In this document: piece after piece, positions 22,428 through 31,604 of the stretch | Layout of the letters: every line of letters begins with the position of its first letter | How positions within the stretch are numbered: position 1 is the first letter of the stretch | From: a virus | Taxonomy: Duplodnaviria > Caudoviricetes | IMG/VR virus record: IMGVR_UViG_3300042275_000518 | Coordinates: 64,001-128,000 of that record | Length of the DNA stretch: 64,000 nucleotides | Strand: one strand, 5' to 3' | The notes under the pieces: model-generated | Seen by the model: only the letters and a program-made list of their open reading frames with translations | Databases searched by the model: none | What the model was told of the DNA's origin: nothing | Program-made: the position numbers and the translations under genes

Positions 22428-22721
22428 TTAATCTTGTTCATCCCAGAAATTCCAACTTCCCGGATTTCCAGGTTCGGCATTCTGATTGCCTTTACCTTTT
22501 CCAGTTCTTACGTAATAATTGCCTTCCCAGTATACAACATCGCCTTCTTCATAGGGTTCTTCTGGATTTGGTTCCCATACAGGAGCATAAAACCACTCAC
22601 CTATAGTTAGTGAATTAGTCATGCTATAATTGGAGATATTCCAATATGCATAAGTCGTTGTTATACCAGCAAATAATACAAAAAGATAGACAAGTAAAAA
22701 TAATATAATTTTTCTCATCAT
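22428..22721 (-). CDS. secreted protein: SipW-type signal peptide + CBM5/12-like module
   Basis: hydrophobic leader ending TYAYW; W....Y..GD.V.WEG..Y...EPG...W. Confidence 0.65.
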   Translation of the reverse strand: MMRKIILFLLVYLFVLFAGITTTYAYWNISNYSMTNSLTIGEWFYAPVWEPNPEEPYEEGDVVYWEGNYYVRTGKGKGNQNAEPGNPGSWNFWDEQD

Positions 22722-22735
22722 GTTGTTACTATTTG

Positions 22736-23236
22736 TTAGGCTATAGTAAAAACTATATCAAATATAATATCTTTATTTTTAATTGCATCATATACTGTTT
22801 GACTAGGTGGTTCAGTTAATGTGACTTTCACGCTAACTGCAATTGCTCCAGTACTTTCAAACGTATATGTTTCGTTGGTAATATTAAAATTTACTAAACT
22901 GCTATAATCTGAGCTACCACCGATTAAAACATTTTCAATATTAACTGTTAAATGTGTAGCGCCTGCTTCAAGAGCCTCATTATTTATAGAAACTTCATAA
23001 ACGTAGGTAATTGAAGTTACTTCATTACCTGTTGCTGTTTGAGTATCTGGAATTAAAATGCCAGATCCTGTTGTTGTTTCGCTTACAATTAGTTCGTCCC
23101 CTTCACCAAGAGTAATTGTTTCACTTTCTGTCTGTGTAAGCATATTCCACCAAGCATATGTTACCCCCACTGTCGATACAAATGCAAATATCATTACGAT
23201 AAATGCTGATACTACTTTTCTTTTTAATTTTTTCAT
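22736..23236 (-). CDS. secreted TasA/CalY-like protein with SipW-type signal peptide
   Basis: KK-hydrophobic-GVTYAWW leader, beta-rich body. Confidence 0.6.
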   Translation of the reverse strand: MKKLKRKVVSAFIVMIFAFVSTVGVTYAWWNMLTQTESETITLGEGDELIVSETTTGSGILIPDTQTATGNEVTSITYVYEVSINNEALEAGATHLTVNIENVLIGGSSDYSSLVNFNITNETYTFESTGAIAVSVKVTLTEPPSQTVYDAIKNKDIIFDIVFTIA

Positions 23237-23278
23237 AATCTTTTACCATCCTTTTCTAATTTTTTTTTAGAATTAAAT

Positions 23279-23341
23279 GGTAGTCTGGCGATCCCTTAGG
23301 GACCCATGACTTTGTGCCCATACATTACTGCATGTTTACCC
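23279..23341 (-). promoter_or_regulatory. c-di-GMP-I (GEMM-I) type riboswitch
   Basis: GGGUAAAC-AUGCA-GUAA-UGUAU-GGGCACAAAG-UCAUGGGUCC-CUAA-GGGAUCGCCAGACUACC fits GEMM-I architecture; 5' leader of the 22736-23236 gene. Confidence 0.7.
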
Positions 23342-23393
23342 TTACATTTTTTTCTTATTATTTAAATAATTGTTATAAATATTTTAAATATTT

Positions 23394-23467
23394 TGGAGGC
23401 CAATACCAGATTCGAACTGGTGCTCAGGGAGTTGCAGTCCCTTGCCTTACCACTTGGCTAATTGGTC
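23394..23467 (-). tRNA. tRNA-Cys(GCA)
   Basis: cloverleaf, encoded CCA. Confidence 0.95.
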
Positions 23468-23471
23468 TATA

Positions 23472-23565
23472 TGGCGGAGAAGGTGGGATTCGAACCCACG
23501 CACCGGATATTAACCGGTCTACTCCCTTAGCAGGGGAGCCCCTTCAGCCTCTTGGGTACTTCTCC
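23472..23565 (-). tRNA. tRNA-Ser(GCT)
   Basis: cloverleaf, long variable arm, CCA. Confidence 0.95.
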
Positions 23566-24217
23566 AAATAAACAACCTAGTGAAACTAGATTCTATTATT
23601 CTTGATGTTGTCTGGACCGTATAATCTCATATGTCTTAGAATTGAGAATAATGATCTAGATTGATCCTCCCTTGACATTCTCATTACTTCAATGTCCATT
23701 AAATTCATACTGAAAAACATTTTTACACTCTCCTTTTTATAGTAATATTATTAGAATAAACTTCCAAATAGATTGTTCTAATAAGACTAATATAAATTCC
23801 TAGAAGGAGAAAAGAGCAATTCCCTGGCTGCAATAGCGGGAATCTCTGGGTCTCTTTTCAATAGCCCCGACAATATAGTCGATGGTTTGACAGTCCATTC
23901 GTCTGGCTCAGGTTTGAGGCATTGGCACGCCATTTTATTAACTACGTGTGGATACTATCCACATCATAGTATAAATTATATGTTTAAAAGAAAATTTTTC
24001 TTTTAAATTTGTCCATACTCAGAAATGTTCCCTCATACCATTTCTAAGGAATGTAATCTCCCTTACCATAATATGAACTCCCTGGACTTTGTTCACATCT
24101 GTAATCCACTGGCTGGGACCAAAGCACAGCATAACGACCTGCACTTGAAACTTTTTATTTATAGTCGCTACAATAGATTACATCCTTTAATATATTTTAT
24201 TTCTTATTTCTTAATGA

Positions 24218-24294
24218 TGGCCGGAAGAGTGAGAATTGAACTCACCTACTCCGGATTTTCAGTCCGGCGCTTGAACCTACTCAGCTATCTTCCG
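24218..24294 (-). tRNA. tRNA-Phe(GAA)
   Basis: cloverleaf, CCA. Confidence 0.9.
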
Positions 24295-24308
24295 ATTAGA
24301 TGCAAATC

Positions 24309-24617
24309 CTAGAGGATTTTTGTTACTTTACCATATATATTCTTTTTAGTAACCCAACCATTAACATGTTTATGGTTATTACTAATCTGAAATTGATTAC
24401 CTTTAATTGCTGAAATCAAATGTAAATAATGGTGTCCTCTTACTTTGCACAAAACAATATCGCCCTTATTTAAAGATGAATAATCTTCAATTGGAGATAC
24501 TTCACAAACTTGACCAGATTTCAAGATTGGGGTCATAGAATTTCCAAAACCTTGAACTAAACAAGTTTCTCCATTAAGAAGTTTTTGTGCAGTAATTGCA
24601 TTTTCTTTGTCATACAT
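24309..24617 (-). CDS. S24/S26 peptidase-like protein (no membrane anchor)
   Basis: GNSMTPIL..G, GDIVL, LHLI, YGKV; likely start MYDKEN. Confidence 0.7.
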   Translation of the reverse strand: MYDKENAITAQKLLNGETCLVQGFGNSMTPILKSGQVCEVSPIEDYSSLNKGDIVLCKVRGHHYLHLISAIKGNQFQISNNHKHVNGWVTKKNIYGKVTKIL

Positions 24618-24641
24618 AATTTTATTTCCTTTCTTTAAAAA

Positions 24642-24728
24642 TGGAGCGGGGAAACGGCATTGCACCGTACTCCTTCTACATGAAGCATCTAGAATTCATG
24701 CATCTGTTCTACTCATAAAACTACCCGC
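24642..24728 (-). ncRNA. aberrant tRNA-like RNA
   Basis: GCGGG...CCCGC-UCCA end, D-like and T-like hairpins, non-canonical middle arm. Confidence 0.5.
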
Positions 24729-24731
24729 ATA

Positions 24732-24808
24732 TGGTAGCAGTGGTTGGACTTGAACCAACGCTCCCGGAGGTATGAGCTCCGTGCTTTGACCATCTAAGCT
24801 ACACTGCC
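24732..24808 (-). tRNA. tRNA-Met(CAT), elongator-like
   Basis: cloverleaf, CCA. Confidence 0.85.
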
Positions 24809-24962
24809 ATATATTTTTGACGAATTTTTGAAAATTAGGTAAGTTAATGATGGAGTTGAACTTATCTCGTTGAGAAGCTTCGTCTTCTCCTCTTATCCTG
24901 GTTTGCAAAGTTCTACCGCTTAACCTTGGACCCTTCCATCACTACTACTTTACCTTTTGTTG

Positions 24963-25169
24963 CTATTGAACAGGATACATAATAATTCTAGATGCACTGT
25001 CTTCACACACATATTCCTCAACAGAATCTGGTCGTTCAATAATATTTCGAACTTGTAGATTATGTTGATCTAGGACTTTAAGCATGAAACGAAGTGCGGA
25101 TTTTTCCGATTTAAAAGTTTTAGGTTTTAGATCCGTTCTGTTAACAACTGGTTGTACAGTATAACTCAT
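24963..25169 (-). CDS. hypothetical protein
   Basis: 68 aa, AGGAG RBS. Confidence 0.6.
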   Translation of the reverse strand: MSYTVQPVVNRTDLKPKTFKSEKSALRFMLKVLDQHNLQVRNIIERPDSVEEYVCEDSASRIIMYPVQ

Positions 25170-25293
25170 AGCATTAATCTCCTTTAAATTTATTTGACTT
25201 TTAACGACTTGCTTAGGTCGAGATAAAGAAGATTAATGTGAGTCTAAAATTTATTGTTTAAGATTTTCTATTACATTTTTTATAATATTATTT

Positions 25294-25370
25294 TGGCACG
25301 CCGAGTAGGATTCAAACCTACGACCCTCTGATTCGTAGTCAGATACTCTATTCAGCTGAGCTATCGGCGC
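25294..25370 (-). tRNA. tRNA-Arg(ACG)
   Basis: cloverleaf, CCA. Confidence 0.9.
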
Positions 25371-25884
25371 ATTTTTCTAATAATATTTTTCTATTTTTTA
25401 ATTCATGTAATCCCAATGTTATTTTTCTATGGCATATAGGGCATAAAACAATTAGATTCTCTAGACTATTGTTATCTCTATTAGAATCTATATGGTGAAC
25501 TTCCAAAATTCTATTATCTTTATCCCAGCCACAAACAGCACATTTGTGGATATATACTTTTAATGCTCTTTCTCTATATCCGTTAGAGCCATTTATATAA
25601 TTTGGATGATTTTCACCTGTTCTTATATTTAATTTATTTGTATAACTAGCTGAACAACTTTTATTACAGAATACATTTCCATGTTTTGTTTTATTTATCT
25701 GGGATTGAGTACGATATATAATCTTCCCACATGATGCACATGTTTTTTGAATTTTACCTTTATTCTTTCGACACGTATCAGAACAATAAAAATTGTAACC
25801 ATTTTTAATATATGCATTATATTTCTTTAAAGGTACATTAAATGGCTTACCACATTTCCCACATTCTACTTTTACTTTTGTCAT
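25348..25884 (-). CDS. free-standing HNH endonuclease with Zn-finger repeats
   Basis: CxxC repeats, LEVHHID.NRDNN..ENLIVLCPICH; stop lies inside tRNA-Arg. Confidence 0.85.
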   Translation of the reverse strand: MTKVKVECGKCGKPFNVPLKKYNAYIKNGYNFYCSDTCRKNKGKIQKTCASCGKIIYRTQSQINKTKHGNVFCNKSCSASYTNKLNIRTGENHPNYINGSNGYRERALKVYIHKCAVCGWDKDNRILEVHHIDSNRDNNSLENLIVLCPICHRKITLGLHELKNRKILLEKCADSSAE

Positions 25885-25943
25885 TTTATTTCCTCCTTTT
25901 AAATAGTTGTTCTCATATTTGGGAAAGAAAATGTCTTATGAGA

Positions 25944-26019
25944 TGGGGTAACTAGAGGGAATTGAACCCTCGATGCCGGAGTCACAATCCGGTGCGTTAA
26001 CCACTTCGCCATAGTTACC
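25944..26019 (-). tRNA. tRNA-His(GTG)
   Basis: cloverleaf with G-1, CCA. Confidence 0.95.
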
Positions 26020-26033
26020 ATGTAGAAGAAGAG

Positions 26034-26519
26034 TTATCTTCTTCTTTTACTAAATCTATCCGCTACAGTTGATGCAGCTAAACTATCTGGTTTGATTCTA
26101 TAATCAAATCCGTAAGCTTCAACATATCCTGTAATTTCAGATATGAACGCAGAAGTCGGTCCATTTTCACCGATGTCAATATCGATAGTAATCTTAAAAT
26201 CAAGATCTCTATTGAATAAATATTTCAATAACCTTTCACCAGTTTGAATACTTTGTGTAGCTTCATGATACATCCTATCTCTTAACGTATGGAATTTCTT
26301 TTCAACTCCATTTAACCAGAAGAATATTGCGCCTTTGCCTTTTCGATATAATACAATAACGTTCGAAACGCTAGTGTTACTATATTGTTGACTATCAGTT
26401 CCAATATAAATTTTGAATGTATCTGGCGGATTATTTTCGATACTGTCTGCAATTATTTCAAACACTTTCTGTTCGCTTATACGACCATAAGTGAATGAAT
26501 TATAGACTCTCTCTTTCAT
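26034..26519 (-). CDS. RNase H-like YkuK (DUF458) family protein
   Basis: IYIGTDSQ, R...EA..S, IDIG.NG.T, IKPDS.AAS.VAD. Confidence 0.85.
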   Translation of the reverse strand: MKERVYNSFTYGRISEQKVFEIIADSIENNPPDTFKIYIGTDSQQYSNTSVSNVIVLYRKGKGAIFFWLNGVEKKFHTLRDRMYHEATQSIQTGERLLKYLFNRDLDFKITIDIDIGENGPTSAFISEITGYVEAYGFDYRIKPDSLAASTVADRFSKRRR

Positions 26520-26559
26520 GATGTATCATCTTCTTCCTGTATATTTGTCTATATTTATT

Positions 26560-27255
26560 TTATACCCATTTTAAGAGTATTTCTCTTTTAAAAATATTTT
26601 TATTCTTGCCGAATAATTTCTTCTGCGTGTCAAACCACTTTTTACTAAACCCAAGTTTTTTCCAGGTATACTTAATAATGTTGAACATTCCTACTCCTTT
26701 AAAATCAATTAGATTCTTTAAGAATATAGAGTTAAACTTATTAGTTGGTCCTGCAACTGTTTCCATTATAATAGCATCCCATCCCTCAAGCATTGAGATA
26801 TAAGGATTTCCATCTGGAATAAATGCTGCGTCAGAAACAACTAACCTTTTCCCTAGTCTTTCATCTGATGTCATCTTATCAACCGCATTTGCAGTTTTAA
26901 AATGAATCTTTTGACGACCGTTAGTTATCATGTTCCTTTTTATGGTAATATTATTAATAAAAGAGTTTAATTGTATAATTTCTTTTATTTTCAATAATAT
27001 CATCATATTATCGTGCATTGTTCTGGAAATTACAATCGTATCATTCCAACAAGTATTACTAAAAAGGTCATAAATTAGATTTAGTATTATTGAAGTAGAG
27101 CGACCACTTTGCCTCGGACTTATTAATATGAAATTTTCACCCTTATCAAAACTCTTAATAACAGATTCTTGAAGTGGGCTGTAATTTAATTTTATCCCTT
27201 TCAGAACACCAGGCATTGGCACTCTGACAGTTTTAATAAAATCTTCTCTTGTCAT
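26560..27255 (-). CDS. terminase-large-subunit-like ATPase domain only
   Basis: Q motif, SPRQSGRST, SDAAFI Walker B-like, FKRE end; no nuclease domain. Confidence 0.6.
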   Translation of the reverse strand: MTREDFIKTVRVPMPGVLKGIKLNYSPLQESVIKSFDKGENFILISPRQSGRSTSIILNLIYDLFSNTCWNDTIVISRTMHDNMMILLKIKEIIQLNSFINNITIKRNMITNGRQKIHFKTANAVDKMTSDERLGKRLVVSDAAFIPDGNPYISMLEGWDAIIMETVAGPTNKFNSIFLKNLIDFKGVGMFNIIKYTWKKLGFSKKWFDTQKKLFGKNKNIFKREILLKWV

Positions 27256-27282
27256 AATTTCTCTTCTTTCTTTTATATTATA

Positions 27283-27655
27283 AAATATTCATAACCCGGA
27301 TTCTGTTTATCTTTTATCTCAATCTATACAATAGAATTGCTGAATCATCGTCTGGTAAATCAACAATTTCAGGTGTATTATTACTGAGAAATCCAAGTCT
27401 ATTCCCTATCGCACAATTAGAATCGTCTGAACCAAATTCCAATATCCTTATTATTTTAACGAAGTATTTTGAGGGGTTTATAAAAAATTTGCTAGTTTCC
27501 CCAGGCACTTCCTCAACTTCAGCAAGGTAATCGTATTTTGTAACCTTAACTATACTTTTACCGTTACTATATTCCCAGGAGTCTCCTATATAATATTTGA
27601 TATTGATCTCTCCTTTTTATATTTTTAAATATTCATAACCCGGATTCTGTTTATC
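27283..27655. repeat. 29-bp direct repeat duplicating the RNase P RNA 3' end (27283-27311 and 27627-27655)
   Basis: aaatattcataacccggattctgtttatc identical in both copies. Confidence 0.9.
27314..27601 (-). CDS. hypothetical protein with C-terminal LxxRL motif; start appears non-canonical (ATC)
   Basis: frame open up to an AAGGAG RBS near 27610 (IKYYIGDSWEY...); ends DDDSAILLYRLR. Confidence 0.5.
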   Translation of the reverse strand: MKYYIGDSWEYSNGKSIVKVTKYDYLAEVEEVPGETSKFFINPSKYFVKIIRILEFGSDDSNCAIGNRLGFLSNNTPEIVDLPDDDSAILLYRLR

Positions 27656-28009
27656 CTATGATTTATCTAAGCCTCTACCATAATTTGAGTTGCTATCCAG
27701 CCAGTGCCAGCCGTTTCATTTAGTATTGGAAATATCTCAACTATATATTACCTTTATAATGGAGTTTAGGCAATTGCTTTCGCATCTCTCCAACTCATTC
27801 CCCAGGCCATTAAGAAAACCTGCACTATAAAGAACCAATCTAACTCGTCTCTGTTCCAGCACTGCCATAGTTTATTAAACTACAGCGTTGAACCGTTTTA
27901 ACCTTTCGGTGATAGTCCGGAGTTTCCTCACAAACCAGTGTCAATTATAGAATCTCTAAAGAGTTCCCACATTGTATCGTTTTAAGTCTGTGCCATAGGT
28001 TGAATATTT
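27627..28009 (-). ncRNA. rnpB: RNase P RNA
   Basis: GAGGAAACUCCGGAC (CR-I), UGAAACGG, AGAUAAAU, ACAGAAUCCGGGUUAU (CR-V), P1 AAAUAUUCA/UGAAUAUUU. Confidence 0.85.
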
Positions 28010-28293
28010 TAAAATCTATTTAATACTTTCAATATTGTTTCTTTATAATCTTCGTTCATACTTCCAGAGTTATAAATGCGAATTTGATCTGAATCTATAT
28101 TAAACACAGCTGAATTTCTAAACTCGCATATTTCAATTTTTATAGAAGATATTTCATTATCATCCATAACTATAGAAATATTAAAGAGTGAATCCCAGAA
28201 TTTAAAAGTTGATCTAAACTCTTTATCTAATTCTCTCTCTAACTCTTTAACAAAATTAGTTATTTCTGAATTTATCTCTTGAATTCTTTTCAT
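28009..28293 (-). CDS. hypothetical protein
   Basis: 94-aa ORF in operon. Confidence 0.6.
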   Translation of the reverse strand: MKRIQEINSEITNFVKELERELDKEFRSTFKFWDSLFNISIVMDDNEISSIKIEICEFRNSAVFNIDSDQIRIYNSGSMNEDYKETILKVLNRF

Positions 28294-28295
28294 AT

Positions 28296-28787
28296 TTACA
28301 CCTTTGGTGTTTCTGAACCTGCAAATTCCAGATATTCTAATAATTGATCTCTACTTGTAAATATTTCGCCATTCTCTTTAATAGCTCCAACTACAAATAG
28401 ATTCACATAACTAAATTGATTTTCTAATGGTACATCTAATGCATTGATTTTTTGCGTGTTACTAAAACCTTTTGAGCAATCTCTACTATCTGTATATAAA
28501 CCAATAATAAGTTTCCCTCTTGCTGCAAAATAACCAATTTCTGCCGCTACACCTGGATCGACAACTGGTCCATCTAAAACTGCTACTAAACAGTCTGCCC
28601 AATCAAGTTGTTCTCTGTCGCCATTATAAATCATAATACTATCTGCAAAATTAGATTTGTCATTGATAGCATCGTTCTTTTGAGGTGCATATACTTCATG
28701 ACCTCTTACAATCATCTCATCAAATAATAATGAGTTGTACATAAGATCTGCCTCTGAAAACAAGGCGTTCGCTAAATAAATCTTCAT
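28296..28787 (-). CDS. nucleoside 2-deoxyribosyltransferase family protein
   Basis: KIYLAN.LF, YAPQ, D...LD....DPGVAAEIGY, NLFVVG. Confidence 0.85.
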   Translation of the reverse strand: MKIYLANALFSEADLMYNSLLFDEMIVRGHEVYAPQKNDAINDKSNFADSIMIYNGDREQLDWADCLVAVLDGPVVDPGVAAEIGYFAARGKLIIGLYTDSRDCSKGFSNTQKINALDVPLENQFSYVNLFVVGAIKENGEIFTSRDQLLEYLEFAGSETPKV

Positions 28788-28788
28788 G

Positions 28789-29169
28789 TTATTTTTCATC
28801 CTCTTCTTTGTTAATTTGATCTTTACTTTCATATAGTTCAATAATTTCTAAAATATTGCACATATCTGTATCTGGTTCTAAGTTGTATTCTTTTACAAAG
28901 TCTTCAGTTACCCATATGAAATCTATTTCATCTGCATGATTGATAATAAAGTCTTTGCTTTCAAGGACTCTTTGTTTATTATTTAGTATATAATAAGAAT
29001 AAATATCCAGATTTCCTAGTGGAAATATTTCTTCAAATGTTAGTGTGTCTAATAATTTTTGGAACTTTTCTTCTTTACACATAAGATTAACAACATCCCA
29101 ATAGTCATCACAATCTAAATTTTTAGAGAATTCGCCTAATAAGAATTCTAATAATTCTGCTGTATTCAT
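28789..29169 (-). CDS. hypothetical protein
   Basis: 126-aa ORF. Confidence 0.65.
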   Translation of the reverse strand: MNTAELLEFLLGEFSKNLDCDDYWDVVNLMCKEEKFQKLLDTLTFEEIFPLGNLDIYSYYILNNKQRVLESKDFIINHADEIDFIWVTEDFVKEYNLEPDTDMCNILEIIELYESKDQINKEEDEK

Positions 29170-29429
29170 TATTTTTCTCCTTTCTCTATTAGTCTTATAT
29201 GGATAGAATTAATTCCATGACCATATAAATCTTTTATTTCATAACCTAAATATTTTTGGTCCATCGGGATTTTCGCTGCATTTTCCATTAAATCACTTAA
29301 GGACACAAAATTATCTCCAATATTGTGTGTATCTGCTACTGGTTTTCCCCATGATTCTTCATCGGTATAGATACTTATTTTTAGATTACCTTTCAGTATT
29401 CCGGATTCTAATATATCATTTAGTGTCAT
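29169..29429 (-). CDS. hypothetical protein
   Basis: likely start MTLND after GAGG. Confidence 0.6.
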   Translation of the reverse strand: MTLNDILESGILKGNLKISIYTDEESWGKPVADTHNIGDNFVSLSDLMENAAKIPMDQKYLGYEIKDLYGHGINSIHIRLIEKGEK

Positions 29430-29607
29430 ATTTATTCCTCTTTCACTTCTGATTCTTTCCAAACAAGTTTCTTCTCTAAACCAGTTGGGTCTTTACTTTC
29501 AAAATTCTCTTCTAAAACATTGCAACAATAATTAAGAATATCTTCTTCCTCATAATCTTCAAATTCATTGCCATCAACTTCAACTGTAATTTCTAATTTA
29601 ACTCTTT

Positions 29608-29826
29608 TCATAATATTTTCTCTTGTTTCCAGTTAAATATATCATGTTCAATGATTTCTGATTGAAAACTACAATCATATTTTGATTCTACTGCTTCAAT
29701 AATATCAATGGCGCTTCCATCTAATTCATGTATAAATTCGATAATTTTCTTTTTGTCTTGTTTATTACTTATCATATATAAACTGATTTCTGGCCCTAGA
29801 ATAATTTTACTAACTTCTTTTTCCAT
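29608..29826 (-). CDS. hypothetical protein
   Basis: 72 aa, GGGGAG RBS. Confidence 0.6.
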   Translation of the reverse strand: MEKEVSKIILGPEISLYMISNKQDKKKIIEFIHELDGSAIDIIEAVESKYDCSFQSEIIEHDIFNWKQEKIL

Positions 29827-29945
29827 ATTACTCCCCTTTTAATCTAATATCTTTTAATATCTTTCTCTTCAATAAGTTTTTCACCTTCATAATAATTGCG
29901 ATAACTCTGAACTGGGTCGTGATTTAAATAAAATATATTTAATTC

Positions 29946-30275
29946 TTATCCTCCATAATTCAATCTAAACCATAATTTTGCTGATTCGTCATCCTCAAAT
30001 TCTAATAATATAGATCCTTCACTTTTCTCAAATAATCCAATATTAAAATCTTCTATTCCATCTGCAAACGTCCACATATAATTTTTACCAATCTTTTTAA
30101 ATTTTATCTGTTCATTTCCAACTAAAACTTCTTTAATATTATAAACATGAGAATAGTCATGATAAAGTACATTATAATCATTATATTTTATAGGGTATAG
30201 TTGATCTATTCTATATAAACAATGGAATTTAGGACCTGAATAGTATTTATATTCTGCTACTGTATATTTTTTCAT
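29946..30275 (-). CDS. hypothetical protein, paralog of 30285, C-terminal LxxRL motif
   Basis: MKKY start; ends EFEDDESAKLWFRLNYGG. Confidence 0.7.
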   Translation of the reverse strand: MKKYTVAEYKYYSGPKFHCLYRIDQLYPIKYNDYNVLYHDYSHVYNIKEVLVGNEQIKFKKIGKNYMWTFADGIEDFNIGLFEKSEGSILLEFEDDESAKLWFRLNYGG

Positions 30276-30284
30276 TATTTTCTC

Positions 30285-30611
30285 CTAATTTAACCTGAAC
30301 CATAGTAAAGCCGTTTCGTCATCCTCAAATTCTTGAAGAAAGTGACCTTTATCAGTTCTTTCTTTATCTAATTGTATTACATCATAGTAAACAGAATCTC
30401 CTAAATACTTACTCCATTTAAGCGTGCCATTTATTATTTTAGTATTAAAATGATATTTATTATCATCATCTCTGATATTCTCATATAACGATTTATTAAA
30501 TTTAAATATATAATATTCTTTACCAACGCTATCTGTAATAATATTCTGAACTATGACTTCTAAAAATGCAAGAGGTCCTAAATTATCTCTAATTACTAAA
30601 TATTTTTTCAT
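30285..30611 (-). CDS. hypothetical protein with C-terminal LxxRL motif
   Basis: ends EFEDDETALLWFRLN. Confidence 0.7.
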   Translation of the reverse strand: MKKYLVIRDNLGPLAFLEVIVQNIITDSVGKEYYIFKFNKSLYENIRDDDNKYHFNTKIINGTLKWSKYLGDSVYYDVIQLDKERTDKGHFLQEFEDDETALLWFRLN

Positions 30612-31265
30612 TTATTCATCCTCAAATTGATCTAGAACTCTTTGTGGTTTTATTTCCTTCCAAAGTTCTTTAGTTTTCTCAACATCAATACTTCCATCAT
30701 TTTTTAATACTAAATCACTCGCATCTCTTCCATCAGGTTTTTGTTGATCTTTATACCATTCTTGAAGAAATCTTCTATTCAGTCCTGGAATTTGTCCAAG
30801 CATATCAATAAATTTCTTTATAGGAACTGGTTTATAATCTGTATGCTCAACACATACATTAAAGTGTTGTCCAGTTGTTAGACTTATTAAATGAGTGTGT
30901 CCATGAATATTAATCATTCCCGGTTCAACTGGCATTGGGTGATGCGAAATTAAAATTCTCTTATTATAAAATATTCCCGCATCATGGACTTCATCAAAAT
31001 ACTTTCGATAGAAACTTTTTCCATATTTGTCATGGTTTCCAAGTATTAATATTTTATATCCCTTCATTTGTGGAAGATATTTTTCTATTGCTGCTTTGTC
31101 GCCCAAGTCTCCCATCCAATATACTCTGATACTAGGATGTGTGATGACAGAATTATATTGCTTTAACATATAATCATTCATCTCGTCATCAGAGGAAAAT
31201 TTAGGACGGCTTTTGATTCTTAGTTTTGTGTGACTAAAATGTGGGTCACTAAATAAATAATCCAT
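30612..31265 (-). CDS. calcineurin-like metallophosphoesterase
   Basis: SDPHFSH, GD, GNHD, SHHP, HGHTH. Confidence 0.85.
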   Translation of the reverse strand: MDYLFSDPHFSHTKLRIKSRPKFSSDDEMNDYMLKQYNSVITHPSIRVYWMGDLGDKAAIEKYLPQMKGYKILILGNHDKYGKSFYRKYFDEVHDAGIFYNKRILISHHPMPVEPGMINIHGHTHLISLTTGQHFNVCVEHTDYKPVPIKKFIDMLGQIPGLNRRFLQEWYKDQQKPDGRDASDLVLKNDGSIDVEKTKELWKEIKPQRVLDQFEDE

Positions 31266-31266
31266 A

Positions 31267-31593
31267 TTATTCCTCCTTCTTCTGGAATCCCAGATCCGAT
31301 TCTTTAGAAACTAACATATTGAAGTATCCAACTTCCTTATATGTATCAGTTTCTCTTTGATACTCAAATATTCTAATAGGATCATGCACTGCGCCAACAC
31401 TATTTAAGTTAAGAGTTACAAGTGCAATATACGGATAAACAGTTTCCCATAAATCCGACCAATTAGATTTGATGATATTTTCTATTTTTTCTAGATCATC
31501 AGTAGCATAATAGAAATATATGCCACCTTCATAAATCATTTCATCAGTTATTTCTCTTGAATTTAATTGTCGGATCATATAAATTTTATCCAT
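31267..31593 (-). CDS. hypothetical protein
   Basis: 108 aa, RBS. Confidence 0.65.
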   Translation of the reverse strand: MDKIYMIRQLNSREITDEMIYEGGIYFYYATDDLEKIENIIKSNWSDLWETVYPYIALVTLNLNSVGAVHDPIRIFEYQRETDTYKEVGYFNMLVSKESDLGFQKKEE

Positions 31594-31604
31594 AATCTTC
31601 TCCT

